Source: Mobula hypostoma (taxonomy: Eukaryota). From it: a DNA stretch of 64,000 bases. The translations under genes were made by a program, and so were the position numbers. Location: the NCBI RefSeq assembly GCF_963921235.1, contig NC_086108.1, forward strand, positions 105,340,001-105,404,000, given 5' to 3'. This document shows positions 23,866 to 36,642 of the stretch, piece after piece. Below the pieces are notes generated by a model. That model ran no database searches and had not been told where the DNA came from. It saw only the letters and a list, made by a program, of their open reading frames with translations. The first letter of the stretch is position 1. Every line of letters begins with the position of its first letter.

Positions 23866-25190
23866 AAGTTTAATTGTCATTTAAACCATACGTGAATACA
23901 GCCAAATGAGACTCTAATAACTCTGGACCAAGGTGCAAAAACATACACGCGCATTAAAATTAACGAGAAGGTAAAAAGAACATAATCATGTAAGACAGCA
24001 CACTTTGGTCCAAGATCTGAGTGACATATCCCGCAAATTGATGGTTCCCAGCAGTCCAGCCTATGATTCCACTGACCTATCACTGGAGGCAGCACCCATG
24101 GGAGAGGCCACTCCCAACCGAGGCCGAGCACCACACTACAATGCAAGCCTAAGGATTGTGGCAGAGAGCGCGCTACAACTGAGGCAACGCTGCTGCCTCG
24201 CCACCTGTGTCACCACTAAACAAGAGAAGCAGGCCTGCAGCAATCAATGTCCAGCAAGGTCTTGCAATCACAAAAGAAGCGTCCAGGACAGTCACTCATG
24301 GTATCACCACACAACACCTTTGCACCAATTCGAAGGCACCAAACGCGGTACCTCTGAGCAGCCTCCGCAGCGTGCTCTACACCCAGGTCAGCTCTTCCGA
24401 ACCCAATCCGACTTCTCCTGTGGCCCAACGGCCCAACTCGAATCCCTCGGCCCAACGGCCCCACTCGAATCCCTCGGCCCAACGGCCCCACTCGAATCCC
24501 TCGGCCCAACGGCCCAACTCGAATCCCTTGGCCCAACTCGAATCCCTCGGCCCAACGGCCCAACTCGAATCCCTCGGCCCAACGGCCCCACTCGAATCCC
24601 TCGGCCCAACGGCCCAACTCGAATCCCTCAGCCCAACTCGAATCCCTCGGCCCAACGGCCCAACTCGAATCCCTCGGCCCAACGGCCCCACTCGAATCCC
24701 TCGGCCCAACGGCCGGAGTTGCCTCCCTCAGCCCGACAGACGGACTCACCCTACTCAGCCTTACAGCCTGACTTGAATCCCTCAGCCCGTCTCGCCGCCC
24801 TTGGCCTGACAGCCTGACTTTAATACCTCAGCCTGATAACCCAACTCGAATCCCTTGGCCTGGTGGCTCAACTTGCCTTCCTCTGCCCAACAGCCGGACT
24901 CGGATTCCTCTGCCCAAAGGCCTGACTTGCCTCTCTTGATTCAACAGCCCGACTCAAATCCCTCAGCCGGACGCCTGATTTGTCTTCTCTGTTCCACCAG
25001 CCAGCTCTTATGACATCCCGGCCTGTTACTCTGAACAATGAGCATCTTACTGATGCAGTGGACCTGCTGTACACATAGTTATTGGAGTCAAGAAGCCTTT
25101 CTATGTACAAAAACACGTTTAACAAAGATAAAAGCACCTTTGGTTGGCCCTTGAGAGGAGGCTGCTGCATGTATGCACCCGGTAAGATTA
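23866..25190 (-). mobile_element. Family A dispersed element, second copy, with expanded 27-bp array
   Basis: Homologous to 1474-2403 on both sides of the array. Confidence 0.65.
24405..24990. repeat. 27-bp minisatellite (homogeneous 24423-24712, diverged units to ~24990)
   Basis: Unit GGCCCAACGGCCCAACTCGAATCCCTC with 19-bp deletion variants. Confidence 0.93.
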
Positions 25191-25195
25191 ACAAT

Positions 25196-25505
25196 GGTTA
25201 TCAAAGCCAGAGACGGTAGTGGGAGCAAGCTCCAACTACCTATTATATGATAGTCATAGTCATAGTCATACTTTATTGATCCCGAGGGAAATTGGTTAAT
25301 GATCCCAATGGTGTGCATCTCAAATAGCCTCTGACAACCAGCTCCAGCTTCTGGCCTTCACATGTGACTAAGCCTGGCGGAACCATTTCTACTGACAGGT
25401 GAAGGGGCAAAGGCGGATTACTGGCACCTTAAAACCAGTCGCTTGAGCCAGGCGGGGCTCATCAGCCAAGTTAGGCAGCTTATCTTGGAAAAAGAAAACT
25501 CTGTG
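25196..25505 (+). mobile_element. RTE-type non-autonomous element 5' region with degenerate HDV-like fold, interrupted by a Rex1-type tail (25247-25297, -)
   Basis: P1 GGTTAT/GGAACC, P2 CTTCTG/CAGGTG, P3 GCC/GGC, L3 starting TTCACAT, J4/2 CTGA. The (ATGACT)n tail is inserted in J1/2. Confidence 0.4.
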
Positions 25506-26284
25506 CCTTTTTTAATCAAACCACCTTGCCTGGTGTCTCAGGGCTGGGTGTGTCTGCACTTTCTGCCACTTCTCTCCCCCGACACTTGCCCTGCCATCTG
25601 TCCCACAATACTCCTCCCTCACTATTCCCAACATCCTTTGCTCCTACTAGATTTAAAACTCGCCCTCCACACCATGTTGGCAAATACAGTGCTGTGTGCA
25701 AAAGTCTTAGGCACCCTAGCTACTGTATGTACTGAGGGACATTTGCACAGTACAGTAAATGGTTGAATGGCAATAAAATCAAAACCCAACGGACAGAGAT
25801 TTAAAGTTATTGGTAGAAGGATTAGAGGGGAGTTGAGGAAAAAGTGTTTTCACAAGATCTCCGAAGCTTACAGGTTGATGGAGGCAGAAACTCTCTATAA
25901 CTGAGGAACTATTCGTCAGTCTCTGTCACCTTCGACTGCAATAAGGAGACATTTTGTCACTAGACAGCTCGCAAATTTTCACAATTCTCTACCCCAAGAG
26001 GACGGTGGAGGTTCGGTCTGTGACTGATGAAAGCAGAGACTGCTACGTGTCTCAAAGTTCGAAGTAAATTTATTATCAAAATATGCATATGTCACCATAT
26101 ACTACCCTGACATTCATTTTCTTGTGAGCATTCACAGTAGATACAAAGAAACCAATAAAATCAATATAGAACTACACATAAACAAAAATGGATGAACAAA
26201 CAATGTGCAAGAGATGACAAATTGTACAAATACAAAAATGAAAAACAAATAGTAATAATAAATAAGTTATAATTGTTAGACTTC

Positions 26285-26552
26285 AGCCATATTCCACCGA
26301 GATACAACACTGGGCGGCATGGGAGGTCATTCCTGCCTGTGGCCATCGAACGTGCAGCTCCTCCTGTGGAGAGTCAGACACCCTGAGCCAATAGGCTGGT
26401 GCTGGACTTATTTTCCATCTGGCATAGATTGCATTTTGTTGTTTGATTGTTTGTGGTTTTTGTATTGCTATATTTATGCTCTATTCTTGGTTGGTGCGGC
26501 TGTAACGAAACCCAGTTTCCCTCGGGATCAATAATGTATACCTATCTATCTA
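26285..26552 (+). mobile_element. Rex1-like LINE 3' end (family B)
   Basis: IPPRYNT.RH.RSFLPVAI remnant, CCCTCGGGATCAATAA and (ATCT)n tail. Related to 33595-33965 and 52680-53332. Confidence 0.75.
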
Positions 26553-28059
26553 TAATAATATCGAAAACATGAGTTGTAGAGTCCTTGAAAGTCAGTCCAT
26601 AGGTTGGTGGAGTCAGTGTTGATGTGAGTGAAATTATCCCCTCTAGTTCAGGAGCCTGACGTTTGTGAGGTAATAACTGTTCCTGAACGGGTCATCTTCG
26701 AGGAGCACTGCCTCAGAAAGGCAGTGATCATCATTCAGAACCTCCACCACCCAAGACATGCCTTGTTCTCATTGCTACCATCAGGAAGGAGGTACAGAAG
26801 CCTGGAGAGGCACATTCAACGATTCAGGAACAGCTTCTTCCCCTCTGATGGACGTTGAACCCATGAACACTACCTCACTACTATTTGTTGCACTACTTAT
26901 TCAATTTAAATATATATACACTGTAATTCACAGTTTTCTTTCTCTCTCTGTTACCATTTATTGCATCATACTGCTGCTGCTAAGTTAACAAATTTCACGA
27001 CATATGCCAGAGATAATAAACCTGCTTCAGATTCTGGAAGGAATCTTTCTCTGTTTCAAGTGTCACAGTGCGGTTATCACTATTAAAAAATCATTTACAC
27101 CCTTATGAAAAAAATTTCCTGCATTGGTAAGCAAGGAGTTAAAAACCTTGACATTTGCAGTTTGTATCACAGTATCTTTGAATCTTTCGTTTTTAATCAT
27201 GTACTGTTGTGGTGTAACAGAATGGCTGCCAGGCAGTCCTTGAATTAGAAGATAGAGAGAGGAAAGAAATAACATGGCAAATGATATCAAACAGAGATTT
27301 AGGTACTCTCAAACTACAGAAGCTATTGCCCAAAGAGTTATGTTCAATCACACACATTGCGGACTTGATGTAGTCACTTATTTAACCACTTGTAAAGGAA
27401 GAACAAATTCACAAAATTTTAATAGGACTTTCATCAATTACTTATTCAAATATTTGCTCTTATTTTGCACTTGAATTGTTTTGTTTATTCTGTTTTTTTT
27501 TGCAAATGGTCTGATTGATCGAAGGTTTTTTTTTTGTTCCCTGACTGGAAGTTTCCCTATAATTGGTTTGCCAATTTTTCCCAGAAGTAATTTATTAATT
27601 AAGCAATTAAGGACCTAAGGTAATTGGCAACAGATCCAGAGGCAAAGAAGATTTTTTTTTAACTCAGCAGTTTCTTATGATTTGGAATGTACTGTTTGAA
27701 AGGGCTGTTAAGAAGATTTAGCAGGATTGTTCAAAAAGAACTGAATATTCCTTTGAAGAGAAAATAAATATTTGCAGGATTATTGGGAAAAAATAAGAAT
27801 GTGGGATCGAATCTACTGCTTGAGAGGGGCATGAGGTACAGTACTCTGCAAAAGTCATATATATATCTTCATTCACATGTCATGAAATTTGTTTTGTTTT
27901 GCAGCAGCAGTACAGTGCAATGCATAAAATTACTACAGTACTATGCAAAAATCTCAGGCACCCTAGCTATATATATATGTGCCCAAGACTTTTGCACAGT
28001 ACTGTAGACTCAACACTAATATTCAAATTGAATTGGATATTCTTATGAAGAAAAAAGAC

Positions 28060-28660
28060 ATATGGAGTATGAAAACAACAATATAATGCTGAGGCTTTAT
28101 AAAGCATTCTTCAGACCACACTTGTAATATGGTGAGCAGCTTTGGATTCCTTATGTAAAGGACGTGTTGGCATTGGAGAGGGTCAAGAGGAGGTTCACAA
28201 GAATAATCCTGGGAATGAAAGGATTAATTTATGAGAAGCATTTGATGGTTCTGGTCTTGTACTCGCTGGAGTTTAGAAGAATGGTGGGTGGGGGTGGGAA
28301 TCTCATTGAAACCTAACAAATATTGAAATGTCTAGATAGAGTGGACACAGAGAAGATGTTTTCTATAGTGGGGGAGTCTTTGAATACAAGGCTGTCCCTT
28401 GTGTTGATGAACAGGAGTTTCTTTAGCCAGCGGGTGATGAAATCTGTGGAAATCATTGCCACGGTAGGCTGTTGCCAGCTCATTGGGTGTACTTAAGCAG
28501 TGGTTGATAGGTTCTTGCAAGTAAGAATGTCAAAGATTACAGGGAGGAGGCAGAGGAGCGGTACTGAGGGGGCTAATAACTCAGCCATTATAGAATGTCA
28601 GAGCAGACTCAATGGGCTGAATGGCCTAATTCTGCTCCTATGTCTTATGGTCTTAGGTCC
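28060..28660 (+). mobile_element. CR1 3' relic
   Basis: LRLYKA..RPHL, DVLALERV.RRFTRIIL, CTTATGGTCTT tail. Confidence 0.8.
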
Positions 28661-30039
28661 TATGGATTATTATGTAGAAGTAAGAATATGGGATTTATTG
28701 GACAGGTCCTTCAAAGAACTAGCACAGTGCAATATACCCAATGGTCTATATGTCATCTTGTGCTTTTAAATGGCTTGTTCAGCGAATTTCATCTTTGCCA
28801 CCAAGTTCATTTATCACCTAAGAAAATATTCAAATGTTGAAAACATTTCTGAAAAAGATTTAGTGTTTTTCCCTCTCAAAAGGCTGCTTGTGTTTGTATT
28901 AAACGATATTTCCAGAGGCTTCACTGCAGTTTTGTTTTAGATTAAAAAAGAAGATTTGTGCTTGTTTTCTCCAGCTTTGTTTTTTTTGCCGTGAGTTTTT
29001 GATTGGAACCATGATCCGTGATTGCAATATAATCATCAGGTGTGTGGTGATGGCAAGTGATTTATAGGCAAAAATATAAGAAAAAAGCCGTTCTGTGAAA
29101 AGGAAGTAGCTGATTTTATTTATCTCTTTCTGTATCCCCAGTACAATGCTAGTAATTACCCATGCAACCTCTTTCATTCTTGAGACGTCGTGCCCAATAT
29201 TGAGTACAATATTCCTGCTGAGAGCAGTGTTTTAGAAACATTTGTGCTCTATGCCTCTATTTATAAAACTAGGGATCCTGAATGCCTTTTCAACCCAAGC
29301 TGCCATCACTAAAGATTTATGTGTGTATATGCCTGGCCTCTTTGTTCTACTATACACTTTAAAATTGTACTGGTTAGTCATTATTGCCTCTCCTCCTTCT
29401 TCCACCCAAAATGAATCACTGTGCATTTCAATGCATTAAGTCTTGAAGCCATACATCTGATTATTTTGCCAGATAGTCTATGTCTTCCGCACACCCTGCC
29501 TCCATTCACTGTTTCGTGTCATCTCCAACTCTTAAAATCAATCCCGGTATGACTGACATCCTGTTCGCTTGTGAATGGTGATCTTAAAAATGCTGTTTCG
29601 TTTTGTAACCTGAGAACATTAAAACTAGTTCAAAGAAAGACACAGTTCACGTTAATCGAGGCGCTCATGTACCATGTGGCAGTGTGATGACGTGTGCAAT
29701 TCACCTATTTTTACATATAACCTGCAATTAATTATTTAAATGAACAAGAATGCTTAATCAAACAAGATCACTTAAATATTATTAGAATATTAAATACACA
29801 ACATACGCTTTCTTTCCATTACTACCATTGTGGAGGAGGTGCAGGAGCCTGAAGACCCACATCAATGATTCAGGAACAGTTTCTTCCCCTCGGCTGACAG
29901 ATTTCTGAATGGACAACGAACCCACGAACACTACCTCTTTATTCTTTTTCATTGCACTATTTATTGATATTTGTAATTTATTGGAATTTCGAATCTTTGA
30001 ATAGTACTGCTGCTGCTAAACAGCATATTTGATAAAGGC

Positions 30040-31195
30040 CGTAAGATATAGGAGCAGAATTAGGCCACTTGGCCCATCGAGTCTGCTCCCCCACTGCATC
30101 ATAGCTCTCTCACCATTTTGACTGTCGGCGCTCTCGAGTCTCCAAGAGGATTCTGGGATGCAGAGGCAGTGTGCGGGAACTTCATAGTGAGAAGGCTGCA
30201 GGATGAGGCGCAAGCCGATTTTCGACCCCATTTAAAGTGACCAGGGCGAATGAAACATCGAGACGAATATGGAAGGTGAGCGTCAGCTGCCTGCCTTTTT
30301 ATGGCTGGGGGATCACTCTGCTGCCAGAGAGAGGAGACTACCTTTTCATCACTGGTGAGATCACTCTGCTACCGGAGAGGAGAGACTGCCTTTTGATTGT
30401 TGGGGGCTTGCTCGCTGCCAGAGAGGGCAAGGCCTGCCGCTGGGCTCGGAGAATGTTACCCAGGTTTCTGCACTTTGGATATGGGCCTGGACTATAGACT
30501 TTCTCTTTCAGGTCTAAAGGTCTTTATATTCCGTGTTTCTCGCCCGATCTTTCTCGGTTTTTTTGTGTGTGGGGGAGGAGGATTTGGGGGTTGACATGCC
30601 TGTTCCAATTTGCTTTTTTCGTGCGAGGAGGAGGGATTTGGCAGCTGATGATCGTGCTGCTGCTCCTCCTTTCTTTGTTTCATGGCTGTCTGGAGAGGAG
30701 GAATTTCAGACGTATACTTTGATAATAAATGAACTTCTGAACTTCGTGAACTTTTTGAGCCTCTCAGCTCAAATCTCCTGCCTTCTCCCTGTATCCGTTC
30801 ATGCCCTGACTGATCAAGAATCTATCAACCTCTGCCTTAAATACACCCAAAGACTTGGCCTCCACAGCCACCTGTGGCAATGAATACCACAGATTCACTA
30901 CTCTCTGTCTAAAGAAATTCCTCCTCATCCTCTGTCCCAAAAGGACACTCAACTTGAGGCTGTGTTCTCTGATCTGAGACTACCGCACCATAGGAGACAT
31001 CCTCACTGCATCCACTCCGCTGAGGCCTTTCAAAATTCAATAGATTTCAATGAAGCCACCCCTCATTCTTCTGAGTTCCAGTGGGTAGAGGCCCAGAGCC
31101 ATCAAGCGCTCCTCATACGACAAGCCTTTCAATCGCAGAATCTTTTTCGTGAATCTCCTTTGAACCCTCTCCAGTGTCAGCACATCCTTCTTTAT
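30040..31195 (-). mobile_element. CR1 3' relic (30040-30110 and 30760-31195) with an unclassified ~640-bp plus-strand insert
   Basis: DVLTLERVQRRFTK, NFFRQRVVNLWYSLP. The insert 30120-30755 ends in AATAAA plus (TGAACTT)n-like tail. Confidence 0.75.
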
Positions 31196-31381
31196 GATAT
31201 GACAGGTTCTGTAGTTGCTAGAAATCTTGTGGAACACACACAAAAAGCTGGAGGAATATCCTGATGAAAGGTCTTGGAAAGAAAAATTAACTTTTCATTT
31301 TCATTCAGCTGTTCATTTACCTCCTTAGATGCTGACTGACCGCTGAGTTCCTCTGGTATTGTGTGTTTATGACACGACAGA

Positions 31382-31886
31382 CACTAAGTGTGTGTTCATG
31401 GTCTTTACCTGCTGTATTCCATCCACCTTGAGATTTGACTTATTGTGTGTTCAGAGATGCTTTTCTGCACATCAATGTTGTACCACGTGGTTATTTGAAT
31501 TTCTATTGCCTTCCTGTCAGCTTGAACCAGTCTGGCCATTCTCCTCCGACCTCTTTCTTCAACAAAATGTTTTCTCCCAGAGAACAGCTGCTAAGTGCAT
31601 GTTTTTTTTTTGTTTTTGCACCATTCTGTATAAACTCTAGAGACTGATCTACGTGAAAATCCCAGGAGATGAGCAGTTTCTGAGATACCCAAACCACCCT
31701 GTCTAGCACCAATAATCATTCAACACTTCTTCCCCATTCTGATGTTTGGTCTGAACAACAGCTGAATCTCTTGACCATGTCTGTATGCCTTTTCGCATTG
31801 AGTTGGTGCTACATGATTGGCTGATTAGATATTTGTATTAATAAGCAGGTGTACAGGTGTATGTAATAAAGTGGCCACTGAGTGTA
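31382..31886 (-). mobile_element. Tc1-like DNA transposon relic
   Basis: TIR TACACTCAGTGGCCACTTTATTA and decayed transposase N-terminus (GLGISETAHLLGFS). Same family as 47030-48370 and 55815-56317. Confidence 0.8.
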
Positions 31887-32291
31887 TTAGTCAGTGATAA
31901 TGAATCTGATACTGACTCCAATTCCTTGAGGAAGCTATTGTATTCCAAAAATATATAACAACTCTCAGCATACAAAGGCCCACTTCTGTGCTGTAGAATT
32001 CTGTAATTCTGTAACCTGTATGCTCAGTGAGGAGAGACCTTTCTGTAGATATTCACCGTCCACACTCAAGATGCTTACTGATAACTTCAGCTTTCCACCT
32101 ACAGCAGAAGAAACTGCCCAAGGTTTCAGATACTTAAGTAATTCATAGTTCTAACTTGTACTCTTTGCTCATCCTATTGAGCTGATAAGTAGAAACAATA
32201 CTGTCCACGTTGACACAGGTATGACTGTAAAAAGATTGGAGAAATTATGAAGTTCATGTTAACAAGGTCAAGATCCTCTTCACTGAGGATC

Positions 32292-32690
32292 ATCACCTTG
32301 CCATGGTGAAGAGGCTAGTGAGTTCCTGAGATCCCCAGAGTGATGTGCCTGAAGCTTAGCTCCTGGTGGGGTCACCCGTGGCGGTAAGGTCAAGAGGGAG
32401 GTTCCAGACAAAAAGTGATCCAACCAAGCCCTCAACGGTGGAGCTGGCAGAAGATGATGACACATCACAATGGAAGAGAAGGCGGAGGAAGGCTGAGGCA
32501 GTGAAGAACCCCACTCATCTTGCATTCCAGGCCACTGGACCCTGAACCCAATCTGTCAAGGACCATGTGGTAGCTGCCTCTGCATCAGCCTCCCCACGTT
32601 AAACAAAGTCATGCACAGGCATTCTCTATTAAAGGAATAACCCTTAAGGGAGAACATTGTACTCAACTCGAGTGATTGTATGATTACAAT
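32292..32690 (+). mobile_element. RTE (Expander/BovA-like) 5'-UTR-derived non-autonomous element
   Basis: GGGGTCACCCGTGGCGGTAAGGTCAAGAGGGAGGTTCCAGACAAAAAGTGATCCA resembles the Bov-A/Rex3 5' domain (recognised from memory, not searched). Confidence 0.5.
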
Positions 32691-33594
32691 AATCACAATG
32701 GTCCATCCACTTGACCCGATCAATGCAGATAAGAAACACACTATGAAACATATCACATCATGAGGTATATGAATGCACAGAGATGTAGACATTGTGTAAG
32801 CAAAAGGGATTAGTTTAACTTGACATTTAATTACGAGTTTAATTAGTTCGGCACCACAATTGTGAATCAGAATCAGATTCATTTTCACTGATTTAAGTGC
32901 CGTGCAATTTATTATTCTGAGACAGCAGTACAGTACAAAGCTTTAAGATTGCTGTAACTTACAGAAGTATATACTGCATAAAGAAATATGAGGTGGTGTT
33001 CTTGGGTTCATGGATCATTCAGAAATCTGATGGCAGAGGGGACGAAGCTGTTTCTGAATGATTAGGTTTGGGTCTTCGGGCTCCACTACCTCCATTGTGG
33101 AGCTAGTGGCAAGGAGAGGGCATGCCTCTGACAGTGAAGGTCATCAGTGATGGACGCTGCCTTCTTAAGGCCCCACTTCTTGAAGATGTCCTCAAGGTGA
33201 AGGTGGTTGTGCCCGTGAGGAACTGGCTGAGCCCACCGCCCTCTGCAGTCTCCTGCAATCCAGGGTGTTGGAGTCTCCGTATCAGGTGGCAATCTGACCA
33301 GCTGGAATGCTCTCTGCCATGCATCTTTACAAACTTGTCTTTGGCGGCACAACAAGTCTTCTCAAGCTCCTAATGCAATATAGCTGTGAGCGCGCCTTCT
33401 TGGTGATTGCATCGATATGTTGGGCCCAGGATCAATTGTCAGAGACGTTGGCATCCAGGGTACTGGCAAATCCATTTTATTTGTAATACTATTTTCCCCA
33501 TCACCGAAGAGGATTGGAGGTTTCTTTCCCTCAGGTATAACGGCAGGGTAACTGCTACAATGCTTTGGTGTGTGGCAAACAGAGACGTGGCTCT

Positions 33595-33965
33595 GATAGT
33601 CATAGTCATACTTTATTGATCCTAGGGGAAATTGGTTTCTGTTACACTTGCACCATAAATAATTAAATAGTAATAAAACCATAAATAGTTAAATAGTAAT
33701 ATGTAAATTATGCCAGGAAATAAGTCCAGGACCAGCCTATTGGCTCAGGGTGTCTGACCCTCCAAGGGAGGAGTTGTAAAGTTTGATGGCCACAGGCAGG
33801 AATGACTTCCTATGATGCTCTGTGTTGCATCTCGGTGGAATGAGTCTCTGGCTGAATGTACTCCTGTGCCCAACCAGTACATTATGTAGTGGATGGGAGA
33901 CATTGTCCAAGATGGCATGCAACTTGTACAGCATCCTCTTTTCAGACACCACCGTCAGAGAGTCC
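33595..33965 (-). mobile_element. Rex1-like LINE 3' end (family B)
   Basis: ORF 33737-33973 is nearly identical to the C-terminus of ORF 52632-53219. (ATGACT)n tail. Confidence 0.88.
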
Positions 33966-33978
33966 AAAAGCACCTAGA

Positions 33979-34655
33979 ATTAGATTAGATTATGAGGACA
34001 CTCAGTCCTCATTTATTGTCATTTAGAAATGCATGCATTAAGAAATGATACAATGATCCTCCAGAGTGATATCACACAAAAAAACAAGACAAACCAAAGA
34101 CTAACACTGACAAAACCACGTAATTATAACATATAGTTACAGCAGTGCAAAGCAATACCATAATTTGATAAGGAGCAGACCATGGGCACGGTAAAAAAAA
34201 AGTCTCAAAGTTCCAATCGACTCCCGATAGTCCCGATAGCAGGAGGCAAAATGGAGAAACTCTCCCTGCCATAAACCTCCAGCCGCCGACAACTGCCGAT
34301 GCATTGGAAGCACCCAACTATAGCCGACTCTTGAGTCCGTCTGAAAACCTCAAGTCTCCGACCAGCCCCTCCGATACAGCCTCCTGAGCACCATCCTCTG
34401 CTGAGTGCTTCGACCCCGCCCCGGCCGCCCAACAACAAGCAAAGCCGAAGACTTGGGGCCTTCTCCTCTGGAGATTCTGGATCACACAGTGGCAGCGGCA
34501 GCGAAGCAGGCATTTCCGAAGTTTCTCCAGATGTTCCTCCGTGCTCTCACGTCTGTCTCCATCAAATCAGGATTGTGCACGGCACCCTACTTGACAGATA
34601 ACAGATATCATTCACCGGAGTGGCCGCTGCGCGCAGCATCGCACTGCCATCTTCT
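33979..34655 (-). mobile_element. Non-coding retroposon-like element
   Basis: Minus strand starts AAGATGGCAGTGCG, is CpG-rich, and ends with AATAAA and (AATCT)n tail. Confidence 0.5.
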
Positions 34656-35311
34656 CCTCCTCCACATGATCATGTGGCTACAAAATTGAGAGTGACCAAG
34701 AGCTTCAAGGGAGAATGACCCACGGTCCAGGGTCCAGCGTCCTCCTTTGTCATCACCCTGGGACTAGGGTCAATACTGCAGTTGATCAGAGGTCTGGGAG
34801 CTCTTGGTCTCTTGAATCTGCAATTCCACTGAAAGCTGAAGGCTCAGAGGTGGCCTGTCCCAGTGTTACAGGACTGTCTCTATGTGCATGTGGGTGTGTG
34901 GATGGGAGGGAGTAAAATGGCTTGTTTCGCTGTTGCTATTTTGCTCTTGTAGTTCTGTTGTTGTTGCTTGTGCTAGCATAGAACTTAGAACAATACAGGA
35001 CAAGAAAAGGCCCTTCGGCCCACAATGTTGTGCTGAGCCAGCTATAAAATAAATCAAAAAAACCCCTAAAAAAACCTAATCTCTCCTGCCTACACAATGT
35101 CCATATCTGTCCATCTTCCTCACGTTCATGTGTCTAATAGAACATAATTGTCCTGCTAACATTGCGAACAAGGTACATTCACTCCGTAATGTGTAGTGAC
35201 ACTTGTAGGCTGCCACCAGCCCACCCTTCTGTTATGTTGTTTGTTGACAGAAGTGCCACATTTCACTGTATATTTCAATGTGATTAATAAATAATCACAT
35301 GTAAAGTCTGA

Positions 35312-35765
35312 TGTTGGATCTGACTGTTTAATTATCATTATCATTGAAGTTTAACAATTTATGCCAGCTGATTTTTTTTATTGCTACTTATATATATATA
35401 TGTAACTGTTTAATATGTTTCCTAGTGGTCAGAATATGTAAATATAGACAAGTGTGTCCCCTAGTAGTTACAGTTCCTTGTCTCATTCTAGAAGCTTCTC
35501 TGGTGTTGCATTTGAATAGGGGCCACCTGATTGATTGACTCTTATCTATGAATTTGAATGGAATATTTCTTGTCTATGGGGTATAAAAAGAGTTGAATCT
35601 GAGGCTCCGCCTTTTTGCTCCTTCACTTACTAGATCTCTAACACTGTCCATTTTAAATTTTCTTTGTTCTATTAAAGCATAATAAAACAATAGTGAAGAA
35701 ACAAATTTAGTGCCTCTTTCCTGACTTGTGAATGAGCCTTGGCTTAAAAATAAGAGAATCCTACA
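35312..35765 (+). mobile_element. Solo LTR, 454 bp
   Basis: TGTTGGAT...ATCCTACA terminal inverted repeats (7/8), 4-bp TSD CTGA (35308-35311 / 35766-35769), TATAAAA at 35582, AATAAA at 35681. Confidence 0.8.
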
Positions 35766-35774
35766 CTGATCTGA

Positions 35775-36642
35775 TCAGGATCAGAATCAGGTTTATTATC
35801 ACTGGCATGTGACGTGAAATTTATTAACTTAGCAGCAGCAGTTCCATGTAATGCATAATATAGAAGAGGAAAAAAAAATAAAATAATAATAATAATAAAT
35901 AAATAAATAAATAAATAAATTACAGTATAAGTATATTGAATAGATTAAAAATCATGCAAAAACAGAAATAATATATATTAAGAAAGTGAGGTAGTGTCCA
36001 AGGATTCAATGTCCATTTAGGAATTGGATGGGAGAGGGGAAGAAGCTGTTCCTGAGTCACTGAGTGTGTGCCTTCAGGCTTCTGTACTTCCTACCTGATG
36101 GTAACAGTGAGAAAAGGGCATTCCCTGGGTGCTGGAAGCCCTTAATAATGGACGCTTCCTTTCTGAGACATAGCTCCTTGAAGATGTCCTGGGCACTTTG
36201 TAGGCTAGTACCCAAGATGGAGCCGACTAATTTTACAAACCTTTGCAGCTTCTTTTGGTCCTGTGCAGTAGCCTCCCCATACCAGACAGTGATGCAGCCT
36301 TTAGAAGTTTTTGAGTGTATTTGTTGACATACCAAATCTCTTCAAACTCCTAATGAAGTATAGTTGCTGTTTTGTCTTCTTTATAACTGCATCAATATGT
36401 TGGGACCAGATTAGATCCTCAGAGATCTTGACACCCAGGAACTTGAAGCTGCTCACTCTCTCCACTTCTGATCCCTCTATGAGGATTGGTATGTGTTCTT
36501 TCGTCTTACCCTTCCTGAAGTCCACAATCAGCTCTTTCGTCTTACTGATGTCGAGTGCCAGGTTGTTGCTATGACACCATTCCACTTGTTGGCATTTCCT
36601 GCTCCTGTACACCCTCTCGTCACCACCTGAGATTCTATCAGC
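35775..36642 (-). mobile_element. Rex1/Babar LINE 3' relic with UTR and (ATTCTG)n-like tail
   Basis: VEWCHSNNLALDISKTKELIVDFRK...VERVSSFKFLGVKISEDL.WSQH...LYFIRSLKRFG. Confidence 0.92.

Noticed and set aside
24005..24817. 270-aa and overlapping ORFs
   Set aside because: Generated by the 27-bp minisatellite inside a dispersed element.
29590..29802. Third solo LTR (TG...CA-like ends)
   Set aside because: No matching TSD and the boundaries are ambiguous.
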